A stretch of 64,000 nucleotides of DNA, from the NCBI GenBank assembly GCA_018896525.1, contig JAHIMR010000096.1, forward strand, positions 55,462 to 119,461, written 5' to 3'. Positions 1 to 8,598 of the stretch are shown here, one piece after another (within the stretch, counting starts at the first letter, position 1; every line of letters begins with the position of its first letter). Source of the stretch: Actinomycetota bacterium (GTDB taxonomy: Bacteria; Actinomycetota; Geothermincolia; Fen-727; Anoxymicrobiaceae). Both the position numbers and the translations under genes were made by a program. The notes beneath the pieces are model-generated. The model was not told the origin of the DNA. It worked only from the letters and a program-made list of their open reading frames with translations, and did not search any database.

Positions 1-386
1 ACGGACTGGGAGAGGCGTGCCACGACTCCATCGGGATGAGCGAGCCCCATACCACGTTCTACCTCCCCGACGGCCAGACAAGCGACGGGCGCGAGACCTA
101 CACCCTGGTGGCCAACCCCAACGACACCCCCGTAACCGTGGAGATAAGCTACCTGACACCGGGCGGTACCGACAACGTCACCTTCGAGGAGACAATCCTC
201 GCCAACTCCCGCATGACCTACAACATGGCCGACAAGGGCATAAGTGACCGCGCCGCTGTCACGGTCACCTCGAAGACAGAAGGCAAGAAGATAATGGTGG
301 AGCGGGCCATGTACTGGAGCATCGGGGCAATCAGGGCAGGAGGTACGGATACGATCGGGGGGTACACGGACCCCTATTCTGAATAA
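1..386 (+). CDS. 3' end of a larger gene; beta-rich repeat-type domain protein of unknown function (partial, continues upstream of window)
   Basis: The frame of the 36..386 ORF has no stop between nt 3 and 35, so it is open to the window edge. Sequence TTFYLPDG...ETYTLVANPN..VTVEISY looks like a surface or secreted beta-sandwich repeat. No family confidently recognised. Confidence 0.5.
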   Translation, partial: GLGEACHDSIGMSEPHTTFYLPDGQTSDGRETYTLVANPNDTPVTVEISYLTPGGTDNVTFEETILANSRMTYNMADKGISDRAAVTVTSKTEGKKIMVERAMYWSIGAIRAGGTDTIGGYTDPYSE

Positions 387-412
387 CACACTGGTGCCAG
401 GCACCAGACGTG

Positions 413-452
413 AAAAACGCAACAATGGTGCCAGGCACCATTGTTGCGTTTT
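413..452. terminator. Bidirectional intrinsic terminator hairpin between convergent genes (member of the GGTGCCAGGCACC repeat family)
   Basis: Perfect inverted repeat AAAACGCAACAATGGTGCC / GGCACCATTGTTGCGTTTT with A-run and T-run flanks. It lies between the stop at 386 (+) and the stop at 460 (-). Confidence 0.6.
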
Positions 453-459
453 GGACTCC

Positions 460-1872
460 CTACCTCTTCTTACGGGGGGCGACGTGGATCGCCCTGCCGT
501 GGGCGGCCTCGGCGGCCTCCATTATCGCCTCGGGGAGCGACGGATGCGCGTGAATGGTTGTCGCGATGTCCTCAGCGGTGGCTCCGAGCTTTATCGCTAC
601 CGCGGCCTCGTGGATAAGGTCGGAAGCGTGAGGTCCCATTATCTGGGCTCCCAGCAACTTGTCGGTCTCAGGATCTATCACCAGTTGCACGAAGCCGCGG
701 TCTTCCCCCATGGCCATCGCTTTTCCCAGGGCGCCGAACGAGAACCGGCTGACGTTGATCTCGATCCCCTGCTCGGCCGCCTTGTCGGTGTTAAGGCCAA
801 CGCTTCCCACCTCCGGCGAGGTGAAGATGCACGCCGGGACCACTTTGTAGTCGATGACGGAGCTCCCACCGGTGGCGTTCGCGGCCGCGACCAGGCCCTC
901 GGCGGTCGCGGTATGGGCGAGAAGTATGCCCCCTACCACGTCCCCGATGGCATAGACCCCGTCCACGTTTGTTTCCATGCGGTCGTTGACCACGATCGTC
1001 CCGCGCCTGTCGAGCTCCACGCCAACCTCCTCCAGGCCCAGGCCCGAGGAGTTGAGTCTGCGGCCGATGGACACCAGCAGCTTCTCGGCTTCCAGGGTGT
1101 CGCCGCTGGAGAGCTCGACCTTTATGTGGTCGTCACCGTACTCGAGAACCTCGCTCACAGTGGTCTCGAGCCGGATGTCGATGCCTTCCTTGCGGAACGT
1201 GCTCCGCATCTGCTTGGCCACCCTGCTGTCCTCGGTGGGGAGCATGCGGTCCATCAGTTCCAGCATCACGATCTCGGTGCCCAGCGGCTTGAAGATGCCG
1301 GCAAACTCGCTTCCAATTACACCGCTACCGACGATAATAAGGCTTTCCGGGATGTGGTCCAGCTCCAGCGCGTCGGTCGAGGTCATCACCGTGGGCTGGG
1401 AAAAGTCGAAAGTGGGCAGCTCCGCGGGGTCGGACCCGGTGGCTATGATTATTTTGTCGGTCTCGAGGACCCGCTCACCGTCGGCTGATTTCACCGCCAC
1501 GTTCCTCTCCAGCGTCACTCGCCCGGTGCCGCTTATCAGGTCGACGCCGTTGGCCTTCAGGAGATGGGTGACCCCCTTGACCAGCGTATCGGTAATCTTC
1601 TGCTTGCGCTCCATTATCGCGGTCCAGTCCGGCTCGACCCCCTCGATCTTCACCCCGAACTTATCCGACTCGCGGGCAAGGGTGACAACCTCGGTGGAGG
1701 CCAGCAGCGACTTGGTGGGAATGCATCCCTGGTTGAGGCAGGTTCCGCCGACCTTTTCTTTCTCGACAACCGCTACTTTCGCCCCCATCTGGGCGGCCCG
1801 TATCGCTGCGGGGTACCCACCGGGTCCCGCACCTATGACAACAACGTCATATTTGGATTCATTACCTGACAT
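460..1872 (-). CDS. lpdA: Dihydrolipoyl (dihydrolipoamide) dehydrogenase
   Basis: N-terminus KYDVVVIGAGPGGYPAAIRAAQMG (FAD fold) and redox-active GGTCLNQGCIPTK motif. Full-length pyridine nucleotide-disulfide oxidoreductase. Start moved to ATG at 1872 (MSGNESKYD) rather than the 1929 ORF start. Confidence 0.9.
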   Translation of the reverse strand: MSGNESKYDVVVIGAGPGGYPAAIRAAQMGAKVAVVEKEKVGGTCLNQGCIPTKSLLASTEVVTLARESDKFGVKIEGVEPDWTAIMERKQKITDTLVKGVTHLLKANGVDLISGTGRVTLERNVAVKSADGERVLETDKIIIATGSDPAELPTFDFSQPTVMTSTDALELDHIPESLIIVGSGVIGSEFAGIFKPLGTEIVMLELMDRMLPTEDSRVAKQMRSTFRKEGIDIRLETTVSEVLEYGDDHIKVELSSGDTLEAEKLLVSIGRRLNSSGLGLEEVGVELDRRGTIVVNDRMETNVDGVYAIGDVVGGILLAHTATAEGLVAAANATGGSSVIDYKVVPACIFTSPEVGSVGLNTDKAAEQGIEINVSRFSFGALGKAMAMGEDRGFVQLVIDPETDKLLGAQIMGPHASDLIHEAAVAIKLGATAEDIATTIHAHPSLPEAIMEAAEAAHGRAIHVAPRKKR

Positions 1873-2030
1873 CGCAGACCCCTTTCTTACCGTCCTGTTA
1901 CAGGTGGAAAACACGCTGAAAAACGCCATTACTCTCTCATATCAGTGAGGGGCAGTCAAACATAGATCTACGCCGAACCTGCCGTTATACAGGGGGAAGA
2001 AGCCGTCCCGTGGATGCCTTTTCGCCTTGC

Positions 2031-2059
2031 TTGCAATAGGGTGGGGCATCTAATATAAT
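2031..2059 (+). promoter_or_regulatory. Candidate sigma70-type promoter for the fhs operon
   Basis: TTGCAA (2031-2036), a 17-nt spacer, then TATAAT (2054-2059). It sits about 180 nt upstream of the fhs start, in the lpdA/fhs divergent region. Confidence 0.4.
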
Positions 2060-2237
2060 TTCCGGCAGCGTGCCTCCGTAAGGGAGGCCCTATTTGTGTT
2101 CATATTTGAGAAGACGGCCCGGGAGCAGGCGGAAAGGGGTTGATGCCAGGGCGCGGATGGCTTGCTGATTATTCAGGGCGGGAGTTACCCGTTCTAAGCG
2201 GATTTGACCGGTAAATGGTTGATAAGAAGGAGGGGCA

Positions 2238-3953
2238 ATGGCAGCAGTACCCAGTGACATCGAGATTGCGCAGGCCGCGAAGCTGAAGCCGATTACCGAG
2301 ATCGCGAAAGAGATAGGGCTCCAGGAAGATGACCTGGAGCTTTACGGGAAGTACAAGGCCAAGGTCAATCTGAATGTTGTAGACAGGATAAAGAACAACC
2401 CAACCGCCAAGTACATCGACGTCACCGCCATCACCCCCACGCCTCTCGGCGAGGGCAAGACGGTGACCTCCATCGGCCTCGACGAGGCGCTGAACAGAAT
2501 AGGCAAGAACGCGATAATCTGCATCCGTGAGCCCAGCATGGGCCCGGTGTTCGGTATCAAGGGAGGCGCCGCCGGCGGGGGATACAGCCAGGTGGTCCCC
2601 ATGGAGGACATCAACCTCCACTTCACCGGCGATATCCACGCGATAGGTGCCGCGAACAACCTGCTGGCGGCGTACATAGACACCAGCGTCCTGCTCAAGA
2701 ACCCGTTGAACATCGACCCGTTGACAATATCCTGGCGCAGGGTCGTGGACATCAGCGACCGCGCGCTGCGAGATGTCGTGGTGGGCCTGGGCGGAAGGGC
2801 CAACGGCTACCCGCGCCAGACCGGTTTCGATATAACCGTCGCGTCCGAGGTAATGGCGATCCTGGCGCTCGCCGACGGCCTGGAGGACCTGAAGGAGCGC
2901 CTGAACCGCATAGTGGTGGCGTACACCTACGAGGGCAAGCCGGTCACCGCCAAGGACCTCAAATGCTCCGGGGCGATGGCGGCCCTGCTCAAGGACGCCA
3001 TTAACCCCAACCTGATACAGACCCTGGAGGGCAACGCCTGCTTCATGCACGCCGGCCCGTTCGCCAATATCGCCCAGGGGAACAGCTCGGTGGTGGCCGA
3101 CATAATCGCCACCAAGCTGGCGGATTACGTGGTCACCGAGAGCGGTTTCGGCGCCGACTGCGGGGCCGAGAAGATGATGGACATCAAGGTCCGGGCCATG
3201 GAGAAGTACGGAATTCGCCCCGACTGCGTGGTCATCACCACCACCATCAGGGCGCTCAAGATGCACGGCGGCGCGTTCCCGGCGGTACCGGGCAGGCCCA
3301 TCCCCGAGGACGTGCAGGCCAAGGAGAACTACGGGGCCCTGGAAGAGGGAAGCGACAACATGGTCAAGCATATCGAGAACATGAAGCTGTTCGGCATCCC
3401 GGTGGTGGTCACCATCAACCGCAGGACCTCTGACCGTGACAAGGAAGTCGAGATGGTACACGATATCGCCTTGAAGGCGGGGGCGGACTTCTGTGAGCCC
3501 ATCGACGTGTGGGCAAAGGGGGGCGAGGGTGGCATCGCCGCGGCCGAGGCCCTGGTCAAGGCTTGCGAGCTGCCCAGTGACTTCAAGTACCTCTACAGCG
3601 ACGACGACTCGATCAAGGAGAAGATAGAGAAGGTCGCCACCAGGATATACGGCGCGGACGGCGTCGATTACTCACCGGTTGCCGAGGCCTCGATCAAGCG
3701 CCTCAACGACGGGGGTTTCGACAAACTGCCGTTGTGCATGGCCAAGACCCATCTCTCGCTTTCTCACGACCCGACCAAGAAGGGCCGCCCCACCGGCTGG
3801 CGCCTGCCCATCCGGGATATCCGTCCCTCTGTCGGCGCAGGGTTCATCTTCCCGCTCTGTGGGGACATGAAGACCATGCCGGGCCTTCCCACCACACCGG
3901 CCGGCAATGCGGTAGATGTCGAGGCGGACGGCAGGATAGTAGGCCTTTTCTAA
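2238..3953 (+). CDS. fhs: Formate--tetrahydrofolate ligase
   Basis: 571 aa. Motifs ITPTPLGEGKTVTSIGL and MHGGAF, with a typical FTHFS C-terminus. RBS AGGAGG lies upstream. Confidence 0.95.
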   Translation: MAAVPSDIEIAQAAKLKPITEIAKEIGLQEDDLELYGKYKAKVNLNVVDRIKNNPTAKYIDVTAITPTPLGEGKTVTSIGLDEALNRIGKNAIICIREPSMGPVFGIKGGAAGGGYSQVVPMEDINLHFTGDIHAIGAANNLLAAYIDTSVLLKNPLNIDPLTISWRRVVDISDRALRDVVVGLGGRANGYPRQTGFDITVASEVMAILALADGLEDLKERLNRIVVAYTYEGKPVTAKDLKCSGAMAALLKDAINPNLIQTLEGNACFMHAGPFANIAQGNSSVVADIIATKLADYVVTESGFGADCGAEKMMDIKVRAMEKYGIRPDCVVITTTIRALKMHGGAFPAVPGRPIPEDVQAKENYGALEEGSDNMVKHIENMKLFGIPVVVTINRRTSDRDKEVEMVHDIALKAGADFCEPIDVWAKGGEGGIAAAEALVKACELPSDFKYLYSDDDSIKEKIEKVATRIYGADGVDYSPVAEASIKRLNDGGFDKLPLCMAKTHLSLSHDPTKKGRPTGWRLPIRDIRPSVGAGFIFPLCGDMKTMPGLPTTPAGNAVDVEADGRIVGLF

Positions 3954-4023
3954 GCGACTTGACAGAAATCCCTCGACGCGGCCGGCTTCATACCGGCCGC
4001 CGGGGGAATAGGAAGTGTAGGGC

Positions 4024-6003
4024 ATGGAGAAGTGCAAGGTTTGTTTTCACCCGGAGGACCGGTGCCTGGAGGTCGACAAGGGGGAGAACCTGCTTCGCGC
4101 GGCCATGCAGGCGGACGTTCACATCAACGCCTCCTGTGGAGGGGAGGGCTACTGCGGCAAGTGCCGGGTCATCGTCGAGAAAGGCGAGGTGACCCATAAG
4201 CTGGGGGTGAAACTCACCGAGGAGGAGGTAAAGCAGGGCTACGTCCTGGCCTGCTGCGCCACCATCGAGTCGGACCTGGAGGTCCGGGTGCCCCTGGAGA
4301 CCCAACTGGGGGACAAGAGCGCGCTGACCAGGCGTCCCCCGATACCGCTCAAGGGGTACACGTTGACCGCCAGGGACTGGGCGGAGCGCCTTCCACAGTG
4401 GGAGCTCAATCCACCCACCGCCAAGTTCCACCTCATGATGGACAAGCCCACCCTGGAGGACAACCTGAGTGACGCCGAGCGCATCAAGCGTGAACTGTCC
4501 AGGCTGGCGGACATGAAAGACGTTGTCATGGATTACCCGATGCTCCAGTCGCTGCCGGGGTTGATAAGGGCCTCGAGCTTCGACGTTACGGTAACGGTGC
4601 TGGACCGGGGCCGGGACCTCCGGGCGGTCCGCATGGAGAAGGGTGATACCTCGCGCCGGCAGGCCGCGATAGCGGTTGACCTTGGGACCACCACGGTGTC
4701 GGCCCAACTGGTGGACCTGCAGACCGGAGAGATAATCGCCGAGGCCTCCGATTACAACGGGCAGATATCCCTGGGGGAGGATGTCATTGCCCGCATAATA
4801 TACTCCACCCGCTCCACCGGCCTGGCCAAGTTACAGTCGGCGGCGGTGAACACCATCTGGAATCTCATTCAGCAGATGGTGGAGAAGACGGACATCGAGT
4901 TTTGCAGCATCACCCACATGTGCCTGTCGGGAAACACCACCATGATTCACCTGCTCCTGGGGCTCGACCCCCGCTACATCAGGGTGGACCCCTACATACC
5001 GGTGGCGCAGCATTTCCCCTGGATCAAGGCCAGCAACATCGGCATCAGGATAGCGTCCGGGGTGTACATGCGGTGCACTCCCGGTGTTGCCTCCTACGTG
5101 GGGGGGGACATCGTTTCCGGGGTGCTGGCCTCGGGGATGTTCAACTCGGAGAAACTGACTCTTTATATAGATATCGGCACCAACGGCGAGATGGCGCTGG
5201 GAAACAAGGAGTGGATGCTCTCCTGCTCCTGCTCGGCCGGTCCCGCCTTCGAGGGTGCCGGGGTCAAGCACGGCATGCGCGCCACCAGGGGGGCCATAGA
5301 GCAGGTGCGGATAAACGAGGTCACACTGGAACCGATGATAATCACCGTGGACAACAGGCGCCCGCTGGGCATCTGCGGTTCCGGCCTTATCGACACGCTG
5401 GCGGAACTGTTCCTTACCGGGATTCTCGATGAGCGCGGAAAGGTCAATCTTGATCTCGAGACCCCGCGGGTGCGGGAAGGGAACAACGGCGGCGAGTACG
5501 TCCTGGCCTGGGCGGACGAGAGCGGGACCAACCGCGACATCGTCATCACCGACGTGGACGTCGATAACCTGATGAGGGCAAAGGCCGCGGTTTACGCCGG
5601 CATCAGCGTGCTCCTGGAAGAGGTGGGGATGGAAATCGACGCGGTCGAGGAGATGCTTATCGCCGGCGCGTTCGGCAGGTACCTGGAGATCGACAAGGCG
5701 ATAATCATCGGGCTGCTCCCGGACATGGATATCGAAAAGATCAAGTTCGTGGGCAACGGCTCGCTACTTGGAAGTTACCTGATGGTCCTCTCCAAGAACC
5801 TGATTGCCGAGGCGGACCGGATCGCCGACATGATGACCTACCTCGAACTGTCCACCAGCAATCGTTTCATGGACCAGTACGTCTCAGCGATGTTCCTGCC
5901 CCACACTGACATCGAGAAGTTCCCCACTGTGAAGCGACGGCTCCAGGAAGCGCGGGAGACCGCCCGCCTGGGATCCACCAACCCAGGGGGTGGAGAGGAT
6001 TGA
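4024..6003 (+). CDS. Reductive activator of corrinoid Fe-S protein (RACo-type; 2Fe-2S ferredoxin domain + ASKHA ATPase, DUF4445)
   Basis: N-terminal plant-type ferredoxin motif SCGGEGYCGKCRV. Central DLGTTTV and DIGTNGE ASKHA phosphate motifs. Located inside the acs cluster. Confidence 0.85.
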   Translation: MEKCKVCFHPEDRCLEVDKGENLLRAAMQADVHINASCGGEGYCGKCRVIVEKGEVTHKLGVKLTEEEVKQGYVLACCATIESDLEVRVPLETQLGDKSALTRRPPIPLKGYTLTARDWAERLPQWELNPPTAKFHLMMDKPTLEDNLSDAERIKRELSRLADMKDVVMDYPMLQSLPGLIRASSFDVTVTVLDRGRDLRAVRMEKGDTSRRQAAIAVDLGTTTVSAQLVDLQTGEIIAEASDYNGQISLGEDVIARIIYSTRSTGLAKLQSAAVNTIWNLIQQMVEKTDIEFCSITHMCLSGNTTMIHLLLGLDPRYIRVDPYIPVAQHFPWIKASNIGIRIASGVYMRCTPGVASYVGGDIVSGVLASGMFNSEKLTLYIDIGTNGEMALGNKEWMLSCSCSAGPAFEGAGVKHGMRATRGAIEQVRINEVTLEPMIITVDNRRPLGICGSGLIDTLAELFLTGILDERGKVNLDLETPRVREGNNGGEYVLAWADESGTNRDIVITDVDVDNLMRAKAAVYAGISVLLEEVGMEIDAVEEMLIAGAFGRYLEIDKAIIIGLLPDMDIEKIKFVGNGSLLGSYLMVLSKNLIAEADRIADMMTYLELSTSNRFMDQYVSAMFLPHTDIEKFPTVKRRLQEARETARLGSTNPGGGED

Positions 6004-6773
6004 GTACGGTTATTGCCATCTCCGGCAAGGGTGGCACCGGAAAGACCACCTTCGCCGCCCTGGGCGTGAGGTACCTCCTGGAGGAGGGCCTGGGGCCGGT
6101 CCTGGCGGTGGACGCGGACTCCAACAGCAACCTGGACATGGCCCTGGGGATCGACCTCACCTCCACCATAGGCGCGGTCAGGGAGGACCTGAGCGAGAAG
6201 GTCCAGAAGCGGCAGTTACCGGCCGGTATGCCCAAGCAGGACCTGCTGGAGATGCAGATCGAGCAGGCGCTGGTGGAGACGAAGGAGTTCGACCTGATGA
6301 GCATGGGCCGGGCGGAGGGCCCCGGATGCTACTGCGCCATTAACAACATGCTAAGGGTTTTCCTGGACCGCCTTGTTGAGAACTACCGGTTCGTGGTCAT
6401 AGATAACGAGGCGGGAATGGAGCACCTGAGCCGCCGCACCGCGCGGGGGGTGGACATGATGTTCGTGATGAGCGACCAGTCACGGCGCGGCCTGGAGACG
6501 GCGGTCCGCATCAAGGACCTGGCCCGGGAAATGAAGCTGGAGATAAGGAAGGTGTTCCTGGTGGTGTCACGGGTAACGATGCCCGTGGAGGGTGATCTGG
6601 AGAGGTCTATAGAGAGCACCGGCATGGAGTTGGCGGGAATCATTCCCGAGGACGACCGGGTGGGTCGGCTGGACCTGGCGGGAGAGCCGCTGGTCGGACT
6701 GGCCAGGGACTCGCAGGCTTCCGTGGCGGTGCGAAACATAATGGAGAGCGTGCTCCAGGGGGTGATGTGCTAA
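6000..6773 (+). CDS. cooC: CODH/ACS nickel-insertion accessory ATPase (CooC/AcsF family)
   Basis: Deviant Walker A AISGKGGTGKTT and the CxC-type metal motif GPGCYCA. The TTG start overlaps the upstream TGA. Confidence 0.85.
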   Translation: MSTVIAISGKGGTGKTTFAALGVRYLLEEGLGPVLAVDADSNSNLDMALGIDLTSTIGAVREDLSEKVQKRQLPAGMPKQDLLEMQIEQALVETKEFDLMSMGRAEGPGCYCAINNMLRVFLDRLVENYRFVVIDNEAGMEHLSRRTARGVDMMFVMSDQSRRGLETAVRIKDLAREMKLEIRKVFLVVSRVTMPVEGDLERSIESTGMELAGIIPEDDRVGRLDLAGEPLVGLARDSQASVAVRNIMESVLQGVMC

Positions 6774-6967
6774 TGTCCCGTCTCATAAATACGCTGGCAT
6801 TCGAACGCCGCTGCATCCACTCCGGCTTCGTTCCGCTCCCTCGAAGTACTCCAAGAGTACGACTCGGTCGCGCGCCTTGCCGGAGCGGCGCTTCGACGCT
6901 CTCGGTGCTTAACCGTATTTATAAGAAGGGACAGTATGTGCTTAACCGTACTTATGAGAAGGGACAC
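6773..6967 (+). repeat. MITE-like palindromic intergenic element, copy A (with a 33-bp duplication of its 3' arm)
   Basis: Shares termini (A/G)TGTCCCGTCTCATAAATAC ... GTACTTATGAGA(A/C)GGGACAC and an internal core with copies at 32358, 44930, 47344 and 53692. Starts on the last base of the cooC TAA stop. Confidence 0.8.
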
Positions 6968-6972
6968 TGTAG

Positions 6973-7602
6973 ATGATGTACCTTGAAGGTTCGATTCTGG
7001 GTTTCATGGACAAGCTGGCATCAAGTTCGCCCGAGCCGGGCGGGGGCGCGGCCAGCGCTCTTGCAGCGGCGGTGGGGGCGGCGCTGGTCAGCATGGTGGC
7101 CAACCTGACGGTGGGCAAGGAGAAGTACTCAGGCGTACAGGACCGCGTTCGCGAATTGCTTACGTCCTCGGAGGAGGTCCGGGGGTCGCTCCAGGCCCTG
7201 GTGCAGGAGGACACCGAGGTGTACGGGGTGCTGTCGGTGGCGTTCAAGATGCCACGAGAGACCGATGAGGAGAAGGAGAAACGGCGACAGGCGGTCCAGG
7301 CGGCGTTGAAGGAAGCGACGTGGGTGCCGTACCGGATCGCGGAGCAGTGCCTTCAGGTGGCCCGCTTGAGCGAGATCGCGGCCGATATCGGCAACGTCAA
7401 CGCGGTGAGCGACGCCGGGGTGGCGGTCCTGCTGGCGGAGGCAGGCGCGCAGTGCGCTGCATTAAACGTGAAAATAAACGTCAACAGCATTGACGACGAG
7501 ATATTCACCAGTGAGAAGTGGGCGGGAATACAGGATATACTCTCACGTACGGGAGAGTTGCGGGAAAAGGTCGTAGGGGTCACCTACGACAAGCTTGGTT
7601 GA
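6973..7602 (+). CDS. fchA: Methenyl-THF cyclohydrolase / formimidoyl-THF cyclodeaminase family protein
   Basis: N-terminal FMDKLASSSPEPGGGAASALAAAVGAALVSMV is the hallmark of the FtcD C-terminal (cyclodeaminase/cyclohydrolase) family. Sits between fhs and folD as in acetogen clusters. Confidence 0.8.
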   Translation: MMYLEGSILGFMDKLASSSPEPGGGAASALAAAVGAALVSMVANLTVGKEKYSGVQDRVRELLTSSEEVRGSLQALVQEDTEVYGVLSVAFKMPRETDEEKEKRRQAVQAALKEATWVPYRIAEQCLQVARLSEIAADIGNVNAVSDAGVAVLLAEAGAQCAALNVKINVNSIDDEIFTSEKWAGIQDILSRTGELREKVVGVTYDKLG

Positions 7603-7612
7603 GGAGGTAAAG

Positions 7613-8524
7613 ATGGCGGAGATTATTGATGGAAACGCGATTGCGGAGGAGATCAAGGCCGAGATAGTCGCAGAGGCCGGGAAGCTGAAGGAGAAAGGCA
7701 TCAGTCCCGGGATAGCCACACTGCTGGTGGGGGACGACTTCGGCTCCAGGATGTACCGCAAGCAGGTGGAGAGGAACTGCGAGTCGGTGGGGTTCAACTA
7801 CATCGAGAGGACCCTTCCCGCGGAGACCACCGAGGAGGAGGTCGTCAAGGTGGTCCAGGAGTTGAACGACGATCCGGCGGTCAGCGGGATACTTCCCCTG
7901 CGGCCGTTCCCGGAGCACATCTCCGACTCGGCGGTCATCAACACCATCAGGGTGGACAAGGACATCGACTGCTTCCACCCGTTCAACATGGGCCGCCTGA
8001 TGCTGGGGGAGCCCACGCTTACCCCCTGCACGCCCGCGGCGTGCATCGAGTTGCTGGAGCGAGTGGGAGTCGAGTTTGAGGGCGCGGAGATAGTGGTGGT
8101 GGGCCACAGCAATATCGTGGGGAAGCCGGTGGCCATGCTGGCTCTCAACCGTAACGCGAACATTACCGTTTCCCACATATTCACCTCGCAGGCGGGGAAC
8201 CTGGCCAAGCACACATGCGGCGCCGACATCCTGATAGTGGCCGCCGGCAAGGCCGGGCTGGTTACCGCGGACCTGGTGAAGGACGGTGCGGTGGTGATAG
8301 ACGTAGGCATCAACCGGGTGAAGGTGCTCGACGATGAAGGCAACCCGGTGACCAATGAGAAGGGAAAGCCAAAGACCAGGACGGTTGGCGACGTCGATTT
8401 CGACAACGTGAAGGACAAGACCAGGGCGATAACCCCGGTCCCCGGTGGGGTTGGGGCGGTCACCAACATGATACTGCTGGGGAACGCGCTCACCGCCGCG
8501 AAGATGCAGGCGGGATTGGAGTAG
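7613..8524 (+). CDS. folD: Bifunctional 5,10-methylene-THF dehydrogenase / methenyl-THF cyclohydrolase
   Basis: MAEIIDGNAIAEEIK..., GRSNIVGKP-like VVGHSNIVGKPVA and PVPGGVGAVT motifs. Start set at ATG 7613 after GAGGAGG. Confidence 0.9.
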   Translation: MAEIIDGNAIAEEIKAEIVAEAGKLKEKGISPGIATLLVGDDFGSRMYRKQVERNCESVGFNYIERTLPAETTEEEVVKVVQELNDDPAVSGILPLRPFPEHISDSAVINTIRVDKDIDCFHPFNMGRLMLGEPTLTPCTPAACIELLERVGVEFEGAEIVVVGHSNIVGKPVAMLALNRNANITVSHIFTSQAGNLAKHTCGADILIVAAGKAGLVTADLVKDGAVVIDVGINRVKVLDDEGNPVTNEKGKPKTRTVGDVDFDNVKDKTRAITPVPGGVGAVTNMILLGNALTAAKMQAGLE

Positions 8525-8598
8525 GTGCGCTCGAGTGCGCGTTTGGGTAAAATCAATAAGTTTGTGGATGGCCGGATGCAGGAAGGAAGTGAGAGTTG

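Noticed and set aside
2066-2237. ZTP (pfl) or THF riboswitch in the fhs leader
   Set aside because: I could not align the conserved pfl or THF core sequences by eye on either strand. It is kept only as a low-interest item to test with covariance models.
6767-6976. Short ORFs inside the MITE-like copies (6767..6976, 6770..6967, 32316..32522, 32187..32426, 44891..45094, 47354..47548, 53646..53840)
   Set aside because: They lie entirely within a palindromic repeat that occurs in both orientations. They give similar peptides on either strand (…RLINT.AFERRCIHSG…), lack RBSs, and overlap neighbouring gene ends. They are artefacts of the repeat.
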